DNA from: Selaginella moellendorffii
Taxonomy: Eukaryota > Plantae > Lycopodiophyta
Assembly (NCBI RefSeq): GCF_000143415.4
Contig: NW_003314307.1
Coordinates: forward strand, 262,922-326,921
Length of the DNA: 64,000 nt
Direction: 5' to 3'
The notes under the pieces were generated by a model. That model saw nothing but the letters and a program-made list of their open reading frames with translations, made no database searches and was not told the DNA's origin. Each line of letters starts with the position of its first letter. Within the stretch, counting starts at the first letter, position 1. The position numbers and the translations under genes were made by a program. Positions 10,770 to 22,229 of the stretch are shown here, piece by piece.

Positions 10770-12298
10770 ATGGCATTGGCTATTGAGCTTGCTCTCTATT
10801 GCACGCGGACCTCCGGAAAAAGACTCCAATGCTCCTCTCGCGCTTTTCCCGTCACCAATGTGAGTGCCTCTCGCAAAGCTCGAGTAGCATTTTGCTTCCA
10901 AGAAGCGAATTTGAGCCTTCTTACTGAAAGTCGGGAGGAATCTCCGCCCACGGAAAGCATACAAGAGCTGAGCGATTTGCAGCTTCTCTGGAGAGCAGTG
11001 AAGCTCCCCATCTATTCAGTCGCGTTGATACCTCTCTCGGTACAGAGTGATTTTATCCAAGCTTTTTGTATTGTTGCCTGAAACTTCTAGTTGCAGGTAG
11101 GCTCGGCTACTGCATTTCTCGAGAGTGGAGCGTTTGATGGTGGACAATATTCGTTGTTACTCGTATCGTCAGTGCTCGTCATCACGTGGTTGAATCTAAG
11201 GTACTATATGCCAGACAATGTCTGTTCTAAGCTTGTTTCAGCAATGATGCATTCGATGCCGATACTGGTGTGGACAAAAACAAGAAAGAATCAGTTGTGA
11301 ACATCACTGGAAGGTAACTTCTTACTGCCAGGATCATTTACTAATTAGATCCTTGGTCTTTCGAGAAACAGCCAGCGAGGAGTATTATTAGCGTCGTTCG
11401 CTTGCCTCGCGTTTGGTTGTGCGGGACTTCTGAGAGCAGCCTTGGTCGCATCCGATATAAGAGTAGCGTCTCTCCTTGCTGCAGCAATCTCTTGCGGATA
11501 CATCTATCAGGTACTTGAGATTGACAAAAAACTGGTTTTCACTTTCCTTGTTCTTGCATTAGTGTCCTCCCTTTCGACTGAGTTACAAGGGACTGGGCGA
11601 GCCTCTCTGCTTTCTTGCTTTCGGGCCATTTGCAACGACTGCATTTTACCTCAGCCAGTCACACAAAGCGTAAACTTTTCAAAAGCTTTCTCGTCAGTCT
11701 TTCAACGAGTCTCCGTTTCGTAGGATTCTTCCTTTAACACCCACACTGTGGGGTGCTTCCGCACTGGTGGGCATCACAACCACGCTCATTCTCTTGTGCA
11801 GCCACTTCCATCAGGTACATTGCAAATATTCGTCACCCGTGTTATTCATCCAAGCACAGATCGAAGATGACAAAGCTGTTGGCAAGATCTCTCCACTGGT
11901 ATGCGAGTTTTACACAAAGAGAGACTTTTACTGTGCTAATCCATCACTCTGATATCTATGTCAGGTGAGGCTTGGCACGGAGAATGGGTCGAAAGTTGTG
12001 ACTTTCCTAGTCACTGGGCTGTATACAGGGCTTTGTGCTCTAGCGGCTCTCAAAGCATTGCCTCTGCCGTGTGCGGCTTTGTGCCTGCTCACACTCCCGG
12101 TTGGAAAAATGGTTGTGGATTTTGTCTCGTCAAATCATCACGTAAGTATACAGTCTTTTGTGGTTTCGATGGCCAATAACAAGTGATTAATTGCAGGACA
12201 AGAAAAAAATATTCCTTGCCAAATACTTTTGTGTTAGGCTTCATATTGCTTTCGGCAGTGCTCTAGTTCTGGGGATGCTCTTACGAGCATGGAGATAG
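10770..12298 (+). CDS. menA: 2-carboxy-1,4-naphthoquinone phytyltransferase (MenA/ABC4, UbiA family), multi-exon
   Basis: 'LLWRAVKLPIYSVALIPL', 'WLNLSNDAFDADTGVDKNKKES', 'YQCPPFRLSYKGLGEPLCF', 'CSHFHQIEDD.AVGKISPLVRLG', 'AKYFCVRLH'. Confidence 0.93.
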
Positions 12299-13184
12299 AC
12301 TTGGTACCTTTTTTTCTCTTGATTCTATGTAAGTTTTTACTCACTTTTCGACTAATGTTTTTGTGATGCCAAGTACCATGTAAGAACTGGGGCCTGATCG
12401 AAGCTTCAAATTTGGGTGGATCATATATCGCTTGAGCTTTGCATCTCCAAGCGCGGAAAAAGAAAGCATATGCAATGCCTTAACTCACGACCTCTCGCTT
12501 ACAGCACTACCAGTATGCTATGAAAGGCTTAAGCAAGAAGACTGATGATATGGTTTGTTGCAAAGCTAAGACAACAAAGAAATTCACAATAAACCTTTTA
12601 TCTGCACTGTACATATGAGGGACAATTCTCTTTTATTTCTGCAAACTTGAAGACATCTTCCATTACAAGGCTCATAAATTTTCTATAGATTCCTATATGT
12701 TTTTTCATCCTTAAACTCAAAACTCAAATCAATTATTTCCAAAATAACATATCTAGGCTTAGTCATAAATTTTATTTAATAATTTATGAAGCATATATTT
12801 AGCTATTGTGAGGGCCAAGTGTACGGCTACGATGCCATATACTAATATTAGCGTAGTGGATTTTGGTAGCCGTCGGATTGGTTTCAATCCGGACCACTCG
12901 CTCTTGTATATAAACTAGGGTTTTTGGGCTAATTGATATGCACATTTCTGTATTCCCTTTCTATATTCCATGCACTCACATTGGTGGAGTTGAAGGGCAC
13001 CTTTGATTGTCCCTGGGGAGTGCTTGGATTTAGGATAGATCTAGCTTTTTCCATTTCCTTTCTTTTGTTCTTTCCTTTCAAGATTTGGTTTCGATCTAGC
13101 TTTTTGCATTGTCTAGATCTACCATTTCTTTCTAGCTTTTTTGTCATTTCTCCTCTTTTGCTCTTTCTTTTTTCGTTCATCTTC

Positions 13185-14117
13185 ATGGCCGATCCGCAAT
13201 CTCCTACTTTGACTCTAGAGCAGCAGTTGGTTCAATTGCTTGATGCTATGTGCTTGCAATTGAACAATCAAACTCAGTTGATGGCGGCATTCACGGCACA
13301 TGGTACAACTCCTCCTGCTTTTGGTGCCAATCCTCGCGTTCGGCCGGAGTTCTTTCGTGGGAATCCTGGGGATGATGTGTACTATTGGTTCGATCACTTC
13401 ACGGTGATTGCCACATATTATTTTTGGGATGATGCTCGACATTTGCGTGAGTTCCCCACATGTCTCCAAGGGACAGCATTGCAGTGGTACAATGGATTGA
13501 GCGCAGCTACTCGTGGCGATTGGAGTGTTCTTTCGGACGTCTTCAAACGCGCCTTCGGACACGCCGACGATTGTGATGATGCCTTCCAACAATTGCATTG
13601 TCTTCGCCAAGGGCCATCTGAGTCGGTGATGCAATTTGGCGTTCGTTTCCGAAGTCTTTTGCTTCGTGCAGAGCCAAATATGTCGGAGCGGATCAAGCTA
13701 GGAATGCTGTGGCCAGCACTTCGTCAAGATCTTGTCGGACTTGTGCATGCACTTGCTCCTGCCACTCTTGACGATGCTCTTCGCTTGGCACAACGTTATG
13801 AGACGTCGCCTCTTCCACTTCTTGCTACACGTCCTTCAGCTCCACTTCCTATGAGTGATGGTCCTGTTCCCATGGAGGTTGATGCTGCTGCTACTCAAGT
13901 CCAAGGACAAGGGCGAGGACGTGGTCGTGGCCGTGATGTTCGTTGCTGGGCGTGTGATGAAGTTGGTCATACTTATCGGCGTTGTCGGCACTTTCCGGAT
14001 TGGCGACCTCCATTTCCTGGGTGGAGACCTTGGCGTCAGCAACGTCCCGTTGGTGCTGCTGCGGTGGAAGGTTTGGATACCGAGATGCATTCGGGAAACA
14101 AGGAGTCGCGCGAGTAA
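13185..14117 (+). CDS. gag: Gag with CCHC zinc knuckle
   Basis: 'RPEFFRGNPGDDVYYWFDHF', 'LRQGPSESV', 'PVPMEVD', 'CWACDEVGHTYRRC'. Confidence 0.9.
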   Translation: MADPQSPTLTLEQQLVQLLDAMCLQLNNQTQLMAAFTAHGTTPPAFGANPRVRPEFFRGNPGDDVYYWFDHFTVIATYYFWDDARHLREFPTCLQGTALQWYNGLSAATRGDWSVLSDVFKRAFGHADDCDDAFQQLHCLRQGPSESVMQFGVRFRSLLLRAEPNMSERIKLGMLWPALRQDLVGLVHALAPATLDDALRLAQRYETSPLPLLATRPSAPLPMSDGPVPMEVDAAATQVQGQGRGRGRGRDVRCWACDEVGHTYRRCRHFPDWRPPFPGWRPWRQQRPVGAAAVEGLDTEMHSGNKESRE

Positions 14118-14156
14118 TGGAGGGACCTTGCGCGAATAAATTAGTGACCCCTCCAT
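14093..14156 (+). promoter_or_regulatory. Predicted -1 programmed ribosomal frameshift signal (slippery heptamer + H-type pseudoknot)
   Basis: G GGA AAC at 14093-14099 is in gag phase, followed by a 6-nt spacer. Stem 1: TCGCGCGAG (14106-14114) with CTTGCGCGA (14127-14135). Stem 2: ATGGAGGG (14117-14124) with CCCTCCAT (14149-14156). Confidence 0.85.
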
Positions 14157-17100
14157 CTTTCTTTCGGGAGTATCATCAAGGGGTTCACTCGGGACCGGTT
14201 CATCCAGTGTTTACTTTCTAAGCTCGTTTTTATAACAAGAGGTCTCCTATTCTTCTCTCCGTGTTGGTTGATACAGGTTCGAGTTTATCTTCTATTGCTC
14301 GACCTGTTGCCACACGTTGTCGTCTACACTTGCGTCGTGCGGCGGATCCAGTTTTCATTCTTTATGGCAACGGCCGTACACATGCATGTGCACGAGATGA
14401 GGCAGACCTGGTTGTGCGTGTGGGCGATCTCGAGCTTGAGTTGCAGTCGTTGCGGGTGGTGCCGAGTCAAGCTTTTGACCTCATTCTTGGTATGGATTGG
14501 TTGCAGCACAATCATGCCAAGTGTGACTTTGAGGCTTCTCCCCCTTGTCTCATACTTCCTTATGTTTCATCCATTCCTCTCACTTCTGTACCTCTTCGTC
14601 CCTCTACTTCTACCTCTGCTTCCATTACTTTTGTTCCCCCAATATTTCCTCTTGTGTTTCCATCTTGTTCTGCTCTTCCCTTTTCCGATCCCTCCGATGA
14701 TCTTTGTGTTGCAACTGTTGACCAGCTCATGAAGGAGTATTCTGATCTCTTTGAATTTGACCTATCGTCTGGGGCCAAGATTGCCACACGTCATCCCATT
14801 CCAACCGGGGATGCTCGTCCAATCAAGGTTCTTGTTCGTCATCGGTCACCCAAGGAGATCAAGATTTTACGTGCAAACGTCAAGGAGATGTTAGAGAAAG
14901 GTGTTATTCGAAAGTCGCGGAGTCCTTGGGCATGTGAACCTCATCTTGTGACGAAGCCTGATGGGAGTATTCGTTTCTGCATCGACTATCGTCCGTTAAA
15001 TGAAGTGACGATCCCGGACGTGTACCCTCTTCCTCACACTGCTGATCTCTTGGATCATCTGGGGCGAAGTCGTTGGTTCACCAAGCTAGATCTTGCTTCT
15101 GGGTATTGGCAAGTACCGATGGCTGAAGAAGATATTCCTAAGACTGCTTTTCGTACACCATTTGGTTTGTACGAGTTTTTGGTGATGCCGTTTGGTTTGA
15201 ACAATGCTCCAGCAACTTTTCAGCGGATGATGGACGAGGTTCTTTGCGATATGCCGGAGGTGACAGCTGACTTCATTGATGATGTCTTGATCCACTCGGA
15301 GGGGACGTGGGAGGAGCATGTTCGTGATGTTTGTAAAGTGTTGGATCGGCTACGCGATGTTGGTTTAAAACTGAAGCGGTCGAAGTGCGTGTTTGGGTCC
15401 AAGGACACAACTTATCTTGGGTACCGTATTTCTCGTGAGGGTTTGCAAGTTGATCCTGACAAACTTGTGGCTGTTCTAAAGTTCCCTACTCCGAAGTGTG
15501 TGAATGATGTGCAGCGCTTTTTGGGTAAGGTGCAGTATCTCGGTTGTTTTGTGGATCATCTTTCCGATCGCACCACACCATTGCGAGCGTTGCTGAAGTC
15601 ATCAACGTCATCTTTCATCTGGTCTCCCAATTGTGAGCGGGCGTTCGTGAATCTCAAAGAGCTATTGACGACTCCTCCGGTTTTGGCATATCCTGACTAC
15701 ACTCGACCTTTTATTTTGCGCGTGGATGCTTCTGACATTGGTCTTGGAGGTGTGTTGATGCAAGAGAGCTCGAGTGTGCCTGGTTAGCGCCATCCCATTG
15801 CATACGTAAGCCGTACATTACAATCAGCAGAGATGAACTACTCCACGACGGAGAAGGAGTGTTTAGCAGCAGTCTGGGGTTTTGAGAAACTTCATGCATA
15901 TTTACATGGTTCTCGGACGTTACTTGAAGGTGACCATGCTGCTGTTACTTCATTATTGAAGCGGAAGAACCTGGTTGGTCGTACGGCTCGATGGGCTTTG
16001 AAGCTTCAGATATATGATTTCGATGTTGTTCATCGCCTAGGGAGTTCTATGGCTGATGCTGATGCCCTTTCTTGACCTCCTCTTCCTTCTCCACTCCATT
16101 TTCATGTTTCTGACGAACCTGTTGTTCCAGCATCTGTGGATTTTCTAGATGAGGATTCTGTGCCGTCGGTGGTTGCTGTCCTTGACATTCAGTGTCCACA
16201 GGGCGTAGAGCAAGATCTACCTTCTCTGGATGAGGTTCGCGAGGCTCAAAAGATTGAGCCGTGGATTCAAAGGCTTCGAGATGGGTTTGAGAATTCTGCA
16301 TCACTTGCTGATGACTTGCCTTTTTGGCATTTACATTCTCAGTATCGCCTTGAAGATGGCCTTCTTTATTTTGTGGGGACGGATCCTGATGATCATTTAC
16401 GGTTGGTGGTGCCTTCGGTGTTTATTCCGCGGTTTCTCCATGCCTACCATGATTCTCCTATTCTAGGTGGGCATATAGGACACCGTTGTGTCACTAAGAA
16501 GCTGCGCAGATCTTTCTTTTGGCCAGAGATGCGACGTGATATTATCCGGTATGTGCGTAGCTGCGTTTGGTGCCAAGCTCGTAATACTCCCCCTTGTGCT
16601 GCGGAAGGACGGTTGGAGTCAATTGCAGTTTCTCGTCCGTTTGAGTTGGTGGCGCTTGATCTTATGGGACCTTTTCCGCAATTGACTGCTGGCAATGAGT
16701 ATGTTATTATTGCTTCTGACTACTTGACTCGTTGGGTGGAAGTTGGTGCTCTTGCTAGTGCCTCTGCAACTGCTGTTGGATACTTCCTCCTCAGTCGAGT
16801 GGTGTTCCAGCATTCTTGTTCAGAGCAGTTTCTTTCGGATAATGGTCCTGCATTTATGGCTGAGGTATTTCATGTTTTGACATCTCGGTTGGGGATACGC
16901 CACACTTTTACGAGTGCTTATCATCCACAATCAGACGGTCTGGTGGAACGGCTCGTTCGGACATTCAAAGGGATGATTGCAAAGTATGTGAACTTTCAAC
17001 ATTCGGATTGGGATGGTTATTTGCCGTCTCTTCGGTATGCTTATGTCACAGGGGTGCAAAGTTCTGTTGGTGCTTCACCATATAAACTTCTATATGGTCA

Positions 17101-17581
17101 TGATCCAATATTACCAACAGAGCTGGGTTTACCTTCGCGATTGCCACGAGCTCCTGATGCTAGGTCATGGGATCAATATTTGACAAGCATTCTTCCACTT
17201 GTCCGAGCAGAGTCTGCTGAACACTTAGGCCGCGTACAAGTGGGACAACAACGGCGCTACAATTCCCATCATCATCCACCTACGAAGTACAAAGTGGATG
17301 ATTTGGTGTTAGTCCGTTTTCCCCATCTTACGGTACGTGGTTTATCTAAGGGGCTCCTTGTGCAGTGGAAAGGACCGTATTAGGTGTTGCGGCAAGTTGG
17401 ACCACAAGTTTATGAGGTTCGGCATAACGTTCAGCAGGCCGATCCTCCGGAGATTGTGCATGTGCAACGGTTAAAACGCTTCATACAAAGGGATCAGGAG
17501 CAGTTAATACTGTCTACAGATCCACCGATGCCTCCTCCTGACGTTCCTCCAGATCCCGGTCCATCTACAAGAGAACCCTGA
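14093..17581 (+). pseudogene. pol: pol (protease-RT-RNase H-integrase) in the -1 frame relative to gag, with several in-frame stops
   Basis: LVDTGS, FCIDYRPLN, MPFGLNNAPATFQ, FIDD, VDAS, HHCC zinc finger, DLMGP/SDNG/VER, KGPY. Stops at about 14219, 15785, 16073 and 17381. Confidence 0.93.
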
Positions 17582-18713
17582 CAGCCTTCCATTATTCCGA
17601 GAGGAGGGGATGATGTGAGGGCCAAGTGTACGGCTATGATGCCATATACTAATATTAGCGTAGTGGATTTTGGTAGCCGTCGGATTGGTTTCAATCCGGA
17701 CCACTTGCTCCTGTATATAAGCTAGGGTTTTTGGGCTAATTGATATGCACATTTCTGTATTCCCTTTCCATATTCCATGCACTCACACTATAAATTTAAT
17801 TTAATAACTAAGAACTCTAAATATAAATTAGTAATTACTTAGTCAATATTGAGCAATTGGCAAAGACGTTCAATATCAATATTCCTAGAACTTTGAGAGT
17901 TTAATACATTAATTTTTACCATTAAATTCACTAAATATTTTATTTAAGTATTTTAAAAGGCATCTATAATAGATGTAAAGGATTAAACTCAATGGATATA
18001 TAGAAAAAATAGTTAACAAGATTTTCTAGTGATGTTGACTGATGTTATTAACAAGATATAAACTCCTGAGTTTGGACTTCTCAGGAAGTCACCTAACCCA
18101 GTTTGGACTTCCTAACTTAACTTTAAGTATCCCAAAACCCTTAACCGATTGGAAAAAGGGGGTGCACTTTTATTCATGGGCCCTTTCCCTCTATATTTGA
18201 ACCCCATAAACCGTTTCTCAATTCATTCTTTTTAGTTGCTTACAATCCACCACGTTTCCTTGCAAGTTCACACCCTCGTGAACGGAAGTTGAGAGCCACA
18301 GCTCTCCCGAGAGTCTCGCTCTCTTGACACTCTACCCCTCAGGTCGAGCCAAGCGGGAGCAAACTGGACCAGCCAGATGTCAATCATCATGTGGTGTGAT
18401 TCCCCTAGTTAACCAACAAAGTCAAACACATGACCGCTCCAATACCAAATGTAAGTTCTTGAGTTTGGACTTCTCGGGAGTGTGAGACACAAATCCCTAA
18501 GCCCCAAAGTGGAGCCGAAAGGGTGCACGTGGTAGTGGCCGAAGCAAAAGCCAAACGAGCGTAACACGTTTGGACTAAAAGGTTCCCACTTGAAAGGTTG
18601 AGAGCGGGAGTGGAACTCCCAACAGAGTGCTCAAGGAACGAGCATGAAGCGAGCAATAAGCGAGGCTCCAAAAAGGGACCCAAAAGGACCAACACATGAC
18701 ATGTGGAAGTGTC

Positions 18714-19150
18714 CAAGATGGAGTCCGAGATGGACCCGAGTTGGAGTCCAAGGTGGAGTCCGAGATGGAGAATGAGATGGACCAAGATAGAGTCCGAGAT
18801 GGAGTCTAAGATGGACCCGAGATGGAGTCCGAGATGGACCTGAGATGGAGTCCGAGACGAAGTCTGAGACGGAGTTCGAGATGGAGTCCAAGACGGAGTC
18901 CGAGATGGAGTTTGAGATGGACCCGAGATGGAATCCGAGATGGAGTCCGAAATGGAGTCCAAGAAGGACCCGAGATGGAGTCCGAGGTCAAGACCGAGAC
19001 CGAGATCGGGACTGAGACCAAGACCGAGATCGAGACCGAGACCGAGACTGAGACCGGGCCCGAGCCCGAGTCCGAGTCCGAGTCCGAGTCCGAGTCCGAG
19101 TCCGAGTCCGAGTCCGAGTCCAAGTCCGAGTTCGAGTCCGAGTTCGAGCC
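18714..19150 (+). repeat. Tandem array of 6/12-bp units (GATGGAGTCCGA)n-(GACCGA)n-(GTCCGA)n inside a family A LTR
   Basis: Directly visible. Similar arrays at ~23030-23285, 29400-29670, 40860-41245, 43895-44340, 45590-46005 and 51737-52225. Confidence 0.95.
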
Positions 19151-22100
19151 TGAGAGGGTGAAAGCCCAAAGTGTTCGTCTCCCAGACCCTGGGGGGTTTG
19201 GTGAGCTCCAAAAGTATAGTAAGGGAGAGGACTGCAGTGGAGCCAATTTGGCCAGGAAAGGCCAGTTTGGCCCAGGAAAGGCCAGTTTGGCCCAGGAAGG
19301 CCAGACCCAATGTTTGGTGATGAACTGACCGCTGGGAAGTCCAAGACTAGAGTGAATACGGACCGACAAGCGGGGTAGCTTGGTGAAGTATTCAAGAGCC
19401 GGCTCTAGTTCCCCCGGGAGATCGACTGGCCGATGCTCCCAGTCCAAATGTGGGTGGCACTACCTACTTAGATACCTGGTGTGGCTCAACAGAACCTCGC
19501 TCTCAGCCCATGGCTAGAGCACCCAAAAGCGGAAGGCGGGGAGAGTACCCATGAGGCTTGCGTAAGGCCATGGTGTTCTGAAATGTTGTCCCAAAGGTCT
19601 AGACTGTGGAAAGAAGAGGAGTAGTCCTCTGGTGTAATGACCAAGGATAGAGTCGTGCGGTGAGGAAGTCCTAGAGGACCGTGGGACTTAGTGGTCAGGC
19701 CTGTGGGCCCTGATCCAGTGGCAGTATTGGCGAACACAGTCAAGGATAGAAAGGGACTTAGTGGGGACCAGAAAGGAGATATTGGGGAAGGCTATTCCCC
19801 ATGTCTACAGGCATCCTAAGGATGCTAAAGAGTGGATCTGGGATGACCACTCATGAACAGACGACCCAGTCTTGGAGAGACGAGATTGCAATGTAGGTGG
19901 TGTTGGACCACCGATGTGACCAAGGGGCATGGCCTAGCGTAACAAGCTGGTATGTTGGTGGTGCCTTGGGGTGTCGGTCATGGGACCAGACACGTGGAGC
20001 ACTTGGACCAAGTGCAAAGGTTGAGTGGCATGGATGCCATTCTCGGGGTTAGTAAGCCCCAAGTCTTGAGTGGGACTTATGGAGGTTGTGAATGAGACTC
20101 CTCCAAGTGGTCAGAGGTGTGGTTAAGTGACTAAAGTAGAATAGAAAAATTTAGTCGCTTACAACTTGGTATCAGAGCTGTTCCTTAGTTTGACTTTTAT
20201 TGGTGCTCAAGTATATCACCATTGATATTGGCATTGGAAGGCCCTAGGAGTGGGCCTATCCTTGAGGAGTAGCATGTCGAGAGGATATGGCTCTCCACTC
20301 AAATTCATGCTTGAACTTGGGCGCGATGTGGTGGATAGAAAAGGGGCCAGTAAGGGAATGGTTTTGGGATCTTGGGAACAATATAAAGGTTTCCTCAGCG
20401 ATATGAGGATGTGATCCAGATGAGCGTTTGACTTAGCAAACTGGTTAATGTAGTTGTGGTAAATAACTATAGTTGGGATCACGGGAAAGATAGAGACTCC
20501 AAAATAATAAAGGAGTCACAAGATTATCCTCATATAGTTGAAGTTGGTGCTTATGAATGTGATACCAGAAGTAATGAGCGCAGGAGGTCAAATACGGAAA
20601 AGGACACAAGTCCTTGAAATGGTAGCCGGGGTTACCTCTAATAAATGCTAGAACAACCCAAGGAGTTGGGGGTGTACTTAGATGATGAGTTAGTATTCTC
20701 ATCACATGGACAAGTAGTCATAAGGGGCAAAAAGTTGCCCCTAGAGAACAAATCAAGTGTTAGAGTAACACTTGCAAAAAATGGTCCTTGTGAGTAGGAC
20801 ATAAATACAAGGAGTTGTATTCCAGTGAGTTAGTACCTCAAAAGTAAGACCTCATAGGTCGTCGGATTAACAAAGTCTAAAAGGTTCAATGACTCCAATA
20901 GAGTCAAGAACTAATCCTAAGGGCTTGAGGAAAACATTTGGACTAAGGTGTGTGGTGCCCCACGAAAGATGGGGAGGATCTTGAAATCCAAGCATGAGAG
21001 CAGTATGTATCTCATTGATGGCAGAAGGTGCCATGCTAAAGTCGTGGGAAAGAGTTTCCCGGAAGAAAACAACTTTGACACAAAGTTGTGCATGAACTCT
21101 ATGGTGCAGTACTAATGGATAATTGGCCTAAGAAACAACCATATTAGTCTTCGCAAAAATACCTGGACATAAGTAAGAAGTGTCATAAAGGTAGGCTCGT
21201 GGAGCCAATGGTGTGGAGACACCGAAGGTGCCAAGGCGTGCTGCCTTGAGGTCAAGTTAGTGGGTTCATAAAAACCCCTTCCAAAGGAATCCCAATGGAA
21301 ATGGGAATAGCATAGCTTAAGTTAGAAGACATGCGGCTAGAGTGTGGTGACCCAGATAATGATGGAGGTGTGGAAGCACCAGCAATGAGTTGTAGGATTT
21401 GACAACTATAAGGCAACTAAGCAAAAAGTGCAAAATAATTCATAAACTGGTAGAAGGCAACTACCTAAGACTTTTTATTGGGATAAGGAAGTTTGATATA
21501 CCCTTATACGGGATAAATTGCTTATGTTACGACATAGTAAGTCAATATCGAAAAGGGAATGCTCATTGTCAAAGAGGCCATCATTGGGACACCCAAACAC
21601 TCTAGAACACCAGAAGAGGGTATTTGGTGTCATAAGGGCAATGGATAATGCCCAAGGGACAAAGTCCCTAACGAATGAAGGATAGGAGGTGCTATCCAAA
21701 TGTCCAAGGTTGTGGAGACAAGAGAAGTCCGTCTATCCAAATTGGACAAAGCCAAAGAGGGATTTTGGCAAGGCTAGTGATGGGCGTATAAAGGCCCATA
21801 AGTAGCAATGGTGATCCTAGTGTGTGGGATTACAAGGTGAGCAAACCCGGATAGAGGAACCACTCCCTAAGCTGTCGGGTAGGTTCATCTTTATGAATAC
21901 TTGCCAAGGCATGGTAAAAAGTGCAAAGCTATCTTCCTAGTCTGGAAGAGAATAACCGAAGAAAATGTATGAAGCCAAAATGCAAGTAGTATAGGGATAG
22001 AACCGAACCATAGGAATTGACAGGCATAACCAAGGGTGGTTATGCAAATGGGGAGTGGAAAATCAAGCAGGTGCTCAAGCATGTTGTTACTAGCGACCGG

Positions 22101-22229
22101 GATGCCATGGAGAGTCTAAAGCATGGGATTGTCCATGTTAGACTATATGGTAATTGGCAAGCTTGCGACAGGAGAAGCCTTAGCAAGCCAAGGAACAAAG
22201 TTCCTTGAACGTTCCTTTAGGTAGATAAG

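Larger units (their letters stand above)
12807..17787 (+). mobile_element. Full-length, decayed Ty3/gypsy LTR retrotransposon, non-chromoviral, short LTRs
   Basis: 174-bp TG..CA LTRs at 12807-12980 and 17614-17787 differ by 5 transitions. CTAT TSD on both sides. PBS TGGTGGAG at 12982. PPT GAGAGGAGGGGA before the 3' LTR. Order gag-PR-RT-RH-IN. Confidence 0.97.

Noticed and set aside
12933-13184. Hydrophobic N-terminal extension of Gag (env-like?)
   Set aside because: It starts at a non-ATG codon within the LTR and reflects the T-rich leader; the real Gag start is probably 13185.
18450-18480. Functional 5S rRNA gene
   Set aside because: Only a degenerate ~50-70 nt portion is present, embedded in TRIM LTRs, without the 5S 5' end or terminator.
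18405-19447. Long overlapping ORFs (GLGL/SDSD/ESES/RTRT) here and at 40.7-41.5, 43.7-46.3 and 51-52.5 kb
   Set aside because: They are artefacts of stop-free hexamer tandem arrays in LTRs and of the N gap, not proteins.
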